Shown in pieces: positions 16,712 to 25,332 of a DNA stretch of 64,000 nt; the stretch's first letter is position 1, and every line of letters begins with the position of its first letter. The stretch lies in contig JBKQLC010000114.1 in NCBI GenBank assembly GCA_052147195.1, forward strand, positions 450 to 64,449. Reading direction: 5' to 3'. This DNA is from Syntrophobacteraceae bacterium. GTDB lineage: Bacteria; Desulfobacterota; Syntrophobacteria; Syntrophobacterales; Syntrophobacteraceae. Below the pieces are notes generated by a model. It had not been told where the DNA came from. It did not search any database and saw only the letters and a list, made by a program, of their open reading frames with translations. Made by a program: the position numbers and the translations under genes.

Positions 16712-19441
16712 TCAGCGTGCGGCCTTGGCTTCAAGGCCGGCCTTCACTTTCTCCGGCAGGGCCGGGAGCTTGGTGATGCGCACACCGCATGCATTGTAGA
16801 TGGCGTTGACAATGGAACAGTGGGGCGAAGTCAGCGGGAGCTCTCCCACGCCGGCCGCCCCGAAGGGACCGTGGAGGCGCGGAGTTTCCACATAGAGGAT
16901 ATTGAAGTTATCGGGGATATCCTTGATATACGGGACGCCGCAGGAAAGCAGCGAGGTATGCTTTTTGAGATCCTCGAAATCCTCAGAGAGCGCGAGTCCG
17001 ATGCCCTGGGCCACACCGCCGTAGATCTGCCCGTCCACCACGAGCCTGTTGTTGATCTTGCCAACGTCGGCCACAGTCGTAAACCCTTCGACTTTCACCT
17101 TGCCGGTCTTTACATCCACTGCGACTTCGCTCATGAAAACGCCGTACATGTAGACAGCGAAAGGCTTGCCCTGCCCGTTTTCGTCGCACGCCGAGTTCAT
17201 GGAGGCGGCCCACTTGCCGGCGTAGCGAACAGGGATCTTTTCCGCCATCATCTCGTCATAGGTGCGGTAGCCGCTGTTCGGTTTTTTCATAGCCGCAAGA
17301 AGCATATCGCAACCGCTCTTGATGGCATTGCCGGTCACAACCTGGCTGCGGCTGCCACCTGCGGGGCCGCTGTTGGGAGTGATGGCGGTATCGTTCATAA
17401 TCAGCTTGATTTTCTCGGGAGCGATCCCCATCGGGCGCAATGCTTCGTGTGCCGTGCCGAGGCACCCCATGTCGGCGCCCTGGCCGTGGTCCTCCCAGCT
17501 TGAATACACCGTGACGCCGTCCCCGGTGAGCTCAATGGCAACCTCGGAGGCATCAGGTCCGTCGAGGCCGCAGCCGTAGATGCCGATCGACACACCCACG
17601 CCCTTTTTGACCTCGGCCGTGGATTCGGCCTTAGCCTTCTCCTTTGCTTTCTGGTAGAGCGGCCGCATCTTGTCAATCATTTCCTTGAAGCTGAAGACTT
17701 CCGGCTCCTGGCCCGTCGGTGTGGTATCGCCGGGGCGGTATACGTTCAGGGCGCGCAGTTCCAGCGGGTCCATGCCGATCTTTTCCGCCAGCTCGTCCAT
17801 GAGCACCTCACTGGCGAGGAAGCTCTGGGGAGAACCGTAAGCGCGGAAGGCCGATCCCCAAGCATGGTTGGTGCACACCGTGCGGCCAAGACCCCGAATG
17901 TTAGGAATGCCGTAGCCGGCGCCTATGAATTGTGCTCCGCGCACGGTGAGAAGATCACCGAACTCGGAGTATGGACCATGGTCCACCAGCCAGTCGGATT
18001 CCATGGCAATTATTTTGCCGTTCTTGTCCGCGCCGTACTTGAGCTTGACGAAAAAGGGCGAGCGCTTGCCGGTATAGGTGATGTGCTGATAATAGTCGTA
18101 TCTGAGGAAAACCGGACGGCAGGTCGCCATGGCGGCCACCCCGACCAAAGCTTCCATGGTCGGGCTGAACTTGTAGCCGAACGTGCCTCCGGCGGGGTTT
18201 TGCACAAGGCGCAGCTTCTCGGGTTCTATACCGAGGCCGGGGCAGATCATGGCATGATGGAGGTGGATGCCTATACTTTTCGAGTGAATGGTGAGCCGTC
18301 CTTCCTCATCGAAATAGGCAAAACCTACGTCGGGCTCGATGGTCAGATGGGGCTGCCTCTGGAGGTAGAACTCGTCTTCTACAACGTAGGCGGCGGAATC
18401 CATGAGCGGTTTTGTCTCCCCGCCTTTTGCGATCTTCTGCTCGTAGTAGACGTTGGGCGTGCCGGGATGGATCTCGATGGCGTCATCGGCCATGGCCGCC
18501 GGAGCACTCATGTAGGCCGGAAGTTCTTCGAGCTTCACCACGACTTTTTCGGCCGCCGCCCTGGCGTTCTCCACCGTGTCGGCGCAGACGATAGCGATGG
18601 CGTCGCCGAACTGGAACACCTTCGTGTCGCAGAGGATGGGACGGTCCCAGCCGTCGCCCTTGTTCGTCGGGAAGGTGATGAGCCCCGTGATCCGGTTCTT
18701 CCCCTTGACGTCCTTATGGGTCACCACTTTGTAGACGCCCGGCATCTTCTCGGCTTCGGAGGTGTCTATGGAGAGGATATTGGCGTGGGACACTTTGGCC
18801 TGGACAAGCGCCAATTGCAGGGAGTCGGGGGGAAGCTTGAGCCCCAGATCCCCGCCGTAGTCGCAGGTCCCGGTTACTTTGGCCAGAGCGCTCGGACGCG
18901 GGTATTTTCCTCCCCAGATCTTGCCGTCCGCCGGAAGCTTGAAGGAGAGATCCTTTAAGCTTATTTCGCCCCTTATTACTCGCGCCGCATCCATCACCGC
19001 GTCAACCAGGGGTTTGTACCCCGCGCAGCGGCAAGCGTTCCGGTGGCTCTGAAACCAGTCACGCACGTCTTCACGGGTAGGCTTGGAATTTTCATCCAGT
19101 AGAGCCTTGGCGGAAACGATGAAGCCGGGACTGCAGAAGCCGCATTGTGCTCCACCGTGAACCATCCAGGACACCTGGAGAGGGTGAAGGTCATCCGGCG
19201 TGCCGATACCTTCGATAGTGGTGATGTCGGCGCCTTCCTCGACCTTTTTTATCTTGGTGACACAAGAACGGACTACTTTTCCGTCCATGATGACAGAGCA
19301 GGCACCGCACTGGGCCTGGCCACAGCCGACCTTGGTACCTGTCAGGCCGAGCTGTCCGCGCAGAACGTCCGCAAGGGAGGCTTCTGAGTTTGCGATAATC
19401 GTTCGAGGTACCCCATTGATGTTAAGGACCTTCTTCTCCAT
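16712..19441 (-). CDS. mop: Molybdenum (MCD cofactor) aldehyde oxidoreductase, Desulfovibrio gigas Mop type, with two N-terminal [2Fe-2S] domains
   Basis: 909 aa, colinear from memory with D. gigas MOP (907 aa). Shared segments include GLTGTKVGCGQAQCGACSVIMDGKVVRSCVTK, GGAQCGFCSPGFIVSAK, HRNACRCAGYKPLVDAVMDAA, ITFPTNKGDGWDRPILCD and GPFGAAGVGELPLTSPH. There is no FAD domain, as in Mop. Confidence 0.95.
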   Translation of the reverse strand: MEKKVLNINGVPRTIIANSEASLADVLRGQLGLTGTKVGCGQAQCGACSVIMDGKVVRSCVTKIKKVEEGADITTIEGIGTPDDLHPLQVSWMVHGGAQCGFCSPGFIVSAKALLDENSKPTREDVRDWFQSHRNACRCAGYKPLVDAVMDAARVIRGEISLKDLSFKLPADGKIWGGKYPRPSALAKVTGTCDYGGDLGLKLPPDSLQLALVQAKVSHANILSIDTSEAEKMPGVYKVVTHKDVKGKNRITGLITFPTNKGDGWDRPILCDTKVFQFGDAIAIVCADTVENARAAAEKVVVKLEELPAYMSAPAAMADDAIEIHPGTPNVYYEQKIAKGGETKPLMDSAAYVVEDEFYLQRQPHLTIEPDVGFAYFDEEGRLTIHSKSIGIHLHHAMICPGLGIEPEKLRLVQNPAGGTFGYKFSPTMEALVGVAAMATCRPVFLRYDYYQHITYTGKRSPFFVKLKYGADKNGKIIAMESDWLVDHGPYSEFGDLLTVRGAQFIGAGYGIPNIRGLGRTVCTNHAWGSAFRAYGSPQSFLASEVLMDELAEKIGMDPLELRALNVYRPGDTTPTGQEPEVFSFKEMIDKMRPLYQKAKEKAKAESTAEVKKGVGVSIGIYGCGLDGPDASEVAIELTGDGVTVYSSWEDHGQGADMGCLGTAHEALRPMGIAPEKIKLIMNDTAITPNSGPAGGSRSQVVTGNAIKSGCDMLLAAMKKPNSGYRTYDEMMAEKIPVRYAGKWAASMNSACDENGQGKPFAVYMYGVFMSEVAVDVKTGKVKVEGFTTVADVGKINNRLVVDGQIYGGVAQGIGLALSEDFEDLKKHTSLLSCGVPYIKDIPDNFNILYVETPRLHGPFGAAGVGELPLTSPHCSIVNAIYNACGVRITKLPALPEKVKAGLEAKAAR

Positions 19442-19477
19442 AACTTTTCTCCTGATCTGAGGTAAACGACAAACCTT

Positions 19478-20506
19478 TCAAGCACCCTTGGCGAAGCCAC
19501 AGTCCGGGTACCTGCACTCCTCGCAACGGACGCAAAGTCCACCGTGCGCCAATCCGACGATATCCCTGCGCGTGATCTCTTCACCGGCAAGCAGCCTGGG
19601 AAGAATCACGTCAAAGACGCTGGTCTTGTGGTACATGACGCATCCCGGAAGGCCCAGGAGGGGAACGTTCCCGAGATAGGCCAGCATGAACATGGCGCCG
19701 GGAAGAACCGGAGCGCCGTAAGTCACCACGCGTGCGCCTGAATTCCGGATGGCCGCCGGGGTAACGTCATCCGGGTCCACCGACATCCCGCCCGTGACGA
19801 TAATCATCTCCGCCCCCTGGCTCAAAAACGATCCTATCTTTCCGACGATCCGCTGCTGATCGTCGGACACAAAGGACTGCCCAAGAGTTCGGCACCCCAA
19901 TTCACTGAGTTTTTCACGAACGACGGGACCGAATTCATCCTTAATCCGGCCGTGGTAAACCTCGCTCCCGGTCGTAATGATGCCGACGTTGAAGCTCCTG
20001 AAAGGCAGGACTTCGATCAGCGGCTGATGCCGGGAACAGACATGCTCTGCGCGCTTGACCTTGGCCTCTTCTATGACCAGCGGAATCACGCGTATTCCGG
20101 CGAGCACCTTTCCCTTGGCAACCCTCTGGTTAGTGTGAAGGCTTGCGAATACAACCTCTTCGGCGTTGATCTCAAAGAGGGCCTCGAGGTCGATCTTCAG
20201 TAGCCCTTCAACGGTCGCTCTAAGCTCCACCTTGCCTTCGTTGGGCTCCGAGACCTCGATGTTTCTCCCGGCTGCTGCGCGGGCAATCAGAACAGTGGCT
20301 TCATCTTCATGTAGAAGACCGCTATCCTTTTGGATATCCCACGCATAGACATGCTCTTTTCCCATGCTGAGCAGTCGCGGAACATCCTCCTCCGTAAGGA
20401 TGTGGCCCTTTCTGAAGGCCGGACCCTTCATCCGCCCCGGAATAATCTGAGTCACATCATGACACAGCACCATCCCTATGGCACTCTGGACCGGAACCAT
20501 CTTCAT
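19478..20506 (-). CDS. Molybdopterin-binding (MoeA-like N-domain + MoCF_biosynth domain) protein
   Basis: 342 aa. SAIGMVLCHDV... N-terminus resembles MoeA domain. GIITTGSEVYHGRIKDEFGPVVREKLSELG...IIVTGGMSVDPDD is the MoaB/MogA/MoeA MPT-binding fold. Confidence 0.8.
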   Translation of the reverse strand: MKMVPVQSAIGMVLCHDVTQIIPGRMKGPAFRKGHILTEEDVPRLLSMGKEHVYAWDIQKDSGLLHEDEATVLIARAAAGRNIEVSEPNEGKVELRATVEGLLKIDLEALFEINAEEVVFASLHTNQRVAKGKVLAGIRVIPLVIEEAKVKRAEHVCSRHQPLIEVLPFRSFNVGIITTGSEVYHGRIKDEFGPVVREKLSELGCRTLGQSFVSDDQQRIVGKIGSFLSQGAEMIIVTGGMSVDPDDVTPAAIRNSGARVVTYGAPVLPGAMFMLAYLGNVPLLGLPGCVMYHKTSVFDVILPRLLAGEEITRRDIVGLAHGGLCVRCEECRYPDCGFAKGA

Positions 20507-20662
20507 GAGGTTCTCCTACAGGATTTACCGAAGGTATGGACAAACAGACATTGTGTCGTTAATAACACCATCCTTATGGCGCTCTAGACCGGAACGATGT
20601 TTATGACGTTCTCCTACCAGATTTAACGGTATGGATAAACGGACATTTTGTCGTTAATAACA
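20470..20662. repeat. Tandem ~95-98 bp duplication spanning the RBS and first 12 codons of the 19478-20506 gene. The upstream copy is decayed.
   Basis: Minus strand, copy A: GGAGAACCTC ATG AAG ATG GTT CCG GTC CAG AGT GCC ATA GGG ATG. Copy B: GGAGAACGTC ATA AAC ATC GTT CCG GTC TAG AGC GCC ATA AGG ATG. Each copy ends in the 35-bp motif. Confidence 0.85.
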
Positions 20663-20702
20663 TAATAGGTATGGACAAACAGGCATTATGTCGTTTATAA
20701 CA
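20533..20702. promoter_or_regulatory. Three direct copies of a 35-bp motif GGTATGGAYAAACRGRCATTNTGTCGTTWATAACA upstream of the Mop operon (candidate operator array)
   Basis: Copies at 20533-20567, 20628-20662 and 20668-20702, with 3-4 mismatches between copies. They start 27 nt upstream of the ATG at 20506 on the minus strand. A partial fourth match (CGTTATGTCCATGCAGACAT) lies near 20813. Confidence 0.6.
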
Positions 20703-20913
20703 CAATGAAGCGTAAAAAGACTTACTCACTCAAACAAAGTTGAAGCATTTCCGTTATCCGCAACCGATCTGCGGATGATGATCGAAACCCTTGCATCTTA
20801 TAATACTAAATTGGCGTTATGTCCATGCAGACATAGCGGCAAGCAAAAAAATAACGGCCACAAACCTGTTCTCGTTATTGACCATTATCGACAGTGCCCG
20901 CGGCCGCAAACCA

Positions 20914-21374
20914 TCAATCGCTTTTTTTCTCTAAATACTTATCCAGCTTTTCCCCCAGAAACTTTGAATAATGTTTTTCCAAACACTCCGGACAAACTCC
21001 ATGGCTGAATAGGGTTCCAGAATGCTCACGGATGTAGGATTCGATTTGTTGCCAATAGCCCTCGTCGTTGCGTATCTTTTTGCAGTGCGAGCAGATGGGT
21101 AACAGGCCGCTCAATGTTTTTACATTGCCCACTGCTTCCCGGAGTTGCGTGATGAGTTCTTCTCTCTCCTGTTCGGCCCGCTTGTACTCGGTTATATCGG
21201 CGGCAATGCCTTGAGGAAAACGATGCACGCGCTGGAAGCGATGGGGATATAATCAGCACCGAAACTGGTGAGATCAGGCGATTTTAATGCCCATCCCAAG
21301 CGTCCAAGTACACCGACGAAAGTCAAGAGATAAATCAAATTATTTGATGAAGTCCTTTTAAATTCAGGTTTCAA
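20914..21374 (-). pseudogene. Remnant of a PAS-type sensor: possible N-terminal TM fragment out of frame with a retained C-terminal Cys-rich domain
   Basis: ORF 20914-21228 begins inside a PAS end motif (GIAADITEYKRAEQE) and keeps LPICSHCKKIRNDEGYWQQIESYIREHSGTLFSHGVCPECLEKHY. ORF 21192-21374, in another frame, encodes a TM-like N-terminus. No PAS core lies between them. Confidence 0.45.
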
Positions 21375-21397
21375 TCAATAAATCCCGCAGACTACGC

Positions 21398-22552
21398 TTA
21401 GTGGACGACTACGTCAATTGTCCTGGAGTAGGCGGCGCCCCATCCCGCAGCGTTATGCGCCTCGACTTTGTAGTAATATTTCCCTTCACCCGGCACGGTT
21501 ACGGCAAGGCTTGTGCCGGATACAGTACCTTGGTAGATCAAATTGGTAAAGGCAGCGTCTGTAGCGACCAAGAGATAGTACTCGTCGACCTGCGCGTTAC
21601 CCGACGGAGCTTTCCAGTGAGCAGTAAAGCTGTTGGCAGTTATAAGGGTTGCGGCGGTGGCCTTCGGTGCACCGGGTAGGGTGGTAAAGGTTGAAGCGGC
21701 TGTATAGGCTGTTCCTGCTCTGTTGGTCGCATAGCCCCGGAAATAATAGACGGTATTGGAGGCAAGGCGGGTGACGTTGACTGAGAATGTTCCGGTGGTA
21801 ACCGTCGGGGCTGTTGCTTTCTTCGTCCTGCTGACGGTCGGATTGATATTCTTGCCGTAGGCAACACCGGATGCTGTGGGGACGGCAGCTCCATCGGAGA
21901 CAATGTTAGCGCCAAGCGTCGCGTTAGTGGTAGTGCAGGAATACAAAGTCTGACCGTTTATAGTGGCTATGCTGATCGGGGGAGCGTTGGAGATAGTGAG
22001 GGAATCCGTCCAAGTATGTCCATCGCTGGCGCTTCTTACGACCCAATTATACGAGGCCATTTCGGCGTCGCCATTCCAGGGGTCCATCAGGTAAACAGTG
22101 TTTCCCGTGATGCCCTTGATCGCCAGAATATGGCCGCCTCCAGTGTCCCATCCCCACCGGATGCCAACCGGCCGCAATGAATTTATCTGACTCGTCACGA
22201 CAGCTTTTGACAGAGCAACGCCGTGGCCGGTAGCAGTCAGACCAGCGAAATAATTGAGGATGTAATCGACGCCATAGCGCATCGGAGGCGGATCGGACTC
22301 GACGCCGTATAGGTAATTCCAGGTGTCGGCACTCCCAGGGGTCCCGTACGCGGCTATCTGAGTCTGGGTCTTTGAGACGCCGTAGAATTGAAGGATAGCC
22401 TGGGATGTCGCGTCCCAACACCACTGGTCCTGTTCCTGCCACTCTTGTGGGACAGTCAATACGGTGGCGAAAGCTACATCGGCACAAAGGAGGCCGGCCA
22501 GCAGGCACGCCGCCAGACATACACTCATGCGGGGTTTTGTCTTCGTGATCAT
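21398..22552 (-). CDS. Secreted papain-like/C39-like cysteine peptidase domain protein with C-terminal fibronectin-III-like repeats
   Basis: 384 aa with a signal peptide. Candidate nucleophile context QDQWCWDATSQAILQFYG and His context GGGHILAIKG. The C-terminus FTAHWKAPSGNAQVDEYYLLVATDAAFTNLIY...YYYKVEAHNAAGWG is FN3-like. Confidence 0.65.
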   Translation of the reverse strand: MITKTKPRMSVCLAACLLAGLLCADVAFATVLTVPQEWQEQDQWCWDATSQAILQFYGVSKTQTQIAAYGTPGSADTWNYLYGVESDPPPMRYGVDYILNYFAGLTATGHGVALSKAVVTSQINSLRPVGIRWGWDTGGGHILAIKGITGNTVYLMDPWNGDAEMASYNWVVRSASDGHTWTDSLTISNAPPISIATINGQTLYSCTTTNATLGANIVSDGAAVPTASGVAYGKNINPTVSRTKKATAPTVTTGTFSVNVTRLASNTVYYFRGYATNRAGTAYTAASTFTTLPGAPKATAATLITANSFTAHWKAPSGNAQVDEYYLLVATDAAFTNLIYQGTVSGTSLAVTVPGEGKYYYKVEAHNAAGWGAAYSRTIDVVVH

Positions 22553-23187
22553 CGCTGCTTTATCGCCTCCGTGACCGTGGGTTTCAAACTTTCAAGAATG
22601 CCGGCGGCCTGGTTTGCTCCGGACACCGGCTGCCCCGATCCTGAGGCGGTCTGTGCCGGGGAGACCGGCAGCAACAATTCACCCGCCTCGGGGATCAACA
22701 CCAGATACTTCTTTGCCTGGAAAACCGCTATCAGCACCGGATTGTACCCCTTCTCCGCAGGCCAGCTCAGCCTGATCTGATTCATAAACTTGGCGAGAGT
22801 AACATATCCGAGCGAAACGGCCTCCCATCGCCCGTCCATGCGGTCGACGACCAGGAAGCACCTGATTTGATTGCCCATCATTACCGGGAAATACCACTGG
22901 TCGATCGGGGTCAGGATCGAGGCCACGGGGACCCCTTCACTGTAGCTGAACAGGGCATCCGGAGTTATGATATGAAGATTGAAAGGGTCGCCGAGATAGG
23001 CCTTGTCGAGTGAACCGGTTGCGGAGAAATCATACTCCTGCCTGGAACCCGCCGGTATGAGGTCCAGGTAGTGTTTCAGGCCGACTTTGGCGGCATCCGT
23101 GACGTCAGCAGCCGGAGCGGTCACGGCCTCAGCCGCAAGAGGCGACATACATAACAAAACTGTGATAGCAAGTATCAATGTTTTCAT
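22549..23187 (-). CDS. Secreted protein of unknown function, translationally coupled to the peptidase gene
   Basis: MKTLILAITVLLCMSPLAAEA signal peptide from ATG 23187. ATGA overlap with the downstream peptidase gene. No family recognised. Confidence 0.55.
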   Translation of the reverse strand: MKTLILAITVLLCMSPLAAEAVTAPAADVTDAAKVGLKHYLDLIPAGSRQEYDFSATGSLDKAYLGDPFNLHIITPDALFSYSEGVPVASILTPIDQWYFPVMMGNQIRCFLVVDRMDGRWEAVSLGYVTLAKFMNQIRLSWPAEKGYNPVLIAVFQAKKYLVLIPEAGELLLPVSPAQTASGSGQPVSGANQAAGILESLKPTVTEAIKQR

Positions 23188-23684
23188 ATATTCTCCATCC
23201 GAATAATGCATCAACCTGATCGCCAACGAATCTCGAAGGGCATTTGGGGTTCGTCTAAGACCCTAAAGACCTCCAGGGACACCTTCAAGGTCATAGAACC
23301 TTCCCATACATGAATAAAAAACGCAAGTGGTGTGTCAAGGGAACCGGTTTTTTCAATTTGAGGACACACCACCATCCCAGCAGTTTATAGCTCGCTTCCC
23401 GCCTTTCATAGTGTTGGGGCAGTGACAGAGTTGACAAAATGACAAAACCATCATATCTGCTGTTAAGCCCGCCGGTGGCCCGGATAACTCGATTTGCCCG
23501 CCTGGACGTGTTAACAGGAAATTCCGCGCCCCCTGTGCGCCTCCCCGGAAGAAAAATCCGCGAAACGCGGCCATTTATCCTCAACATTTTCATCCAATTT
23601 AGAGGTACAATAAGGGAAGTCACAACTGGTTAGATACGGATTCCAAAGCTGAAGAGCAGGAAAACGGCACCGGAGGCGCCAAAC

Positions 23685-24641
23685 ATGGCGAAAATGAACC
23701 AAGAAGGGGATTATTTCGTACCGACCCTGGCCCCTTATGTTCAATGGGTGCAGGCTTATGGACGGCTCATCTGCGCGCTCTACGAGGAGCATAAAACAGT
23801 CAAGAGAACGTGGAAAGCGTTCAAGGATGCAACACCAGGAGTCGAGCAAAGGTTGGAATTCGACGTTTTTGAACAAATCCTGCTATTTAGCCTCTTTCTT
23901 TCGGAAAGCAATGAGAGCAACCAAAGAGGCGGCTCCGTTCAGGAAGACCGCGAGACAAAGCGGGCCAGCATGGATTTTTCGGAAAGTCATGCCGATAACC
24001 AGTTAGACACGGTTATACAGGAGCTGCGCAACGCGTCCGAGGAAAGGGACAGGGCCTTGTGGAATGTTAAGCATCTCGAAGAAAATGCTTCTGGACTCAC
24101 GGCCCGCAATGATGACCTGCAAAGTCAGGTGAACAGTCTCAAGGAAAACCTGGACAAGGTTCAAACCGAGTTGGGTGTGTCAAGTGCGAATCTCAGCATG
24201 GTTGTACATGAGTTAGACAACCAGAGAGCTCAAAACGCTTCTCTACAGGAAAAGTATGCAGCCCTGAAGGAAAAGGAAGCTTCTTTAAAAAAGCTGATCA
24301 AAAGGCTCATGGAAAAGTCGGTCAGGATTGCTCCGGACAAATCGCCACACCAAAGCATTGTTGCAGTCACAGAAGCGGGGGCTAAACAGGGGCCTTCCCA
24401 GATGCCCATGTGGGCTAAACAGGACTCCAGCCCCAGTGCTGGCCGGGAAGTTATACAAAATCCCAGCGGGGAGATTTCTGCAAAAAAGATAGCCGGGTGG
24501 AATGTGCAGCGCTCCAAAGATGGCTATTACCGGATCTACCGGAAGATCAGAGGCAAGGTTCGTTCGATCTATATCGGAAGAGAGCTTGATATCGAGAAGG
24601 CCAACAGGAGGATAGCCGAAAAGGAAAAAGAACTGAAATAA
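23685..24641 (+). CDS. Coiled-coil protein of unknown function with a small basic C-terminal domain
   Basis: 318 aa. The central ~130 aa is heptad-like (LEENASGLTARNDDLQSQVNSLKENLDKVQTELG...LQEKYAALKEKEASLKKLIKRLMEK). The C-terminus is WNVQRSKDGYYRIYRKIRGKVRSIYIGRELDIEKANRRIAEKEKEL. Confidence 0.55.
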   Translation: MAKMNQEGDYFVPTLAPYVQWVQAYGRLICALYEEHKTVKRTWKAFKDATPGVEQRLEFDVFEQILLFSLFLSESNESNQRGGSVQEDRETKRASMDFSESHADNQLDTVIQELRNASEERDRALWNVKHLEENASGLTARNDDLQSQVNSLKENLDKVQTELGVSSANLSMVVHELDNQRAQNASLQEKYAALKEKEASLKKLIKRLMEKSVRIAPDKSPHQSIVAVTEAGAKQGPSQMPMWAKQDSSPSAGREVIQNPSGEISAKKIAGWNVQRSKDGYYRIYRKIRGKVRSIYIGRELDIEKANRRIAEKEKELK

Positions 24642-24724
24642 TACGCCCCCGGGGTCTTATACACGAACCGGAAACTTTCATTACATCACCCTACCCTACC
24701 CGATCCGATGTATGGAAGTAAAAG

Positions 24725-25111
24725 TCAGCCGCTACTGCCCCGGTTATTGTCACCGTGCTCATCGGATTTGTAACGCGACGGCAAGCGATTAGCAACGTAG
24801 AAGACCCTGGATGATATGAGAATAGCGATGCAGAGCACAGGGAATGCGAGCGATCCATCGTGCCATAACCCGGCTAACCATCGCCTGAACTCATCGGCAA
24901 GAACATTCGCAGTTCCACCGTAGAGTGCCAAGCCCCGTAAGTACTGTTTCGAATCGTCAGGCATGACCGGATACCCATCCTGGTAACCAAGGTCGCTGCT
25001 CGAATCTTCTCTAGCCGTAACATGAATCAGGAGCGCGCTCCCTAAACCAACCAACAGGATAATAGCACCGATAACGTTAAGGCATTCGCGCCCACATCTG
25101 CGATTTTCCAT
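24725..25111 (-). CDS. Small membrane protein (two predicted TM helices), unknown function
   Basis: 128 aa. Hydrophobic segments VIGAIILLVGLGSALLI and LAFPVLCIAILISSRVF. No family recognised. Confidence 0.45.
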   Translation of the reverse strand: MENRRCGRECLNVIGAIILLVGLGSALLIHVTAREDSSSDLGYQDGYPVMPDDSKQYLRGLALYGGTANVLADEFRRWLAGLWHDGSLAFPVLCIAILISSRVFYVANRLPSRYKSDEHGDNNRGSSG

Positions 25112-25332
25112 TTAATGCTATGCCTGTCCGGAAAGATCTCAACCTCAATCCCGCGAAGTAAAAACGGCGCGATTTCGATTATACTCTAACATAATCAGCG
25201 CTTCCAGGGATTAAAGGCTGTTCGAAACACCTTCCGCCCGCAGGCCTATCTTTAAAGGTGGGTCGGGGAGCGGCGGCGGATAAAAAACCGCTCACATGAA
25301 GAAGATAGATTTTCGTGCTTTACAATAACCTG

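Noticed and set aside
20533-20702. The three 35-bp direct repeats were considered as a small CRISPR array.
   Set aside because: There are only three degenerate copies. The spacers are very unequal (60 and 5 bp). One spacer is itself part of a tandem duplication of the gene start. No cas genes or leader are present. An operator array is the better explanation.
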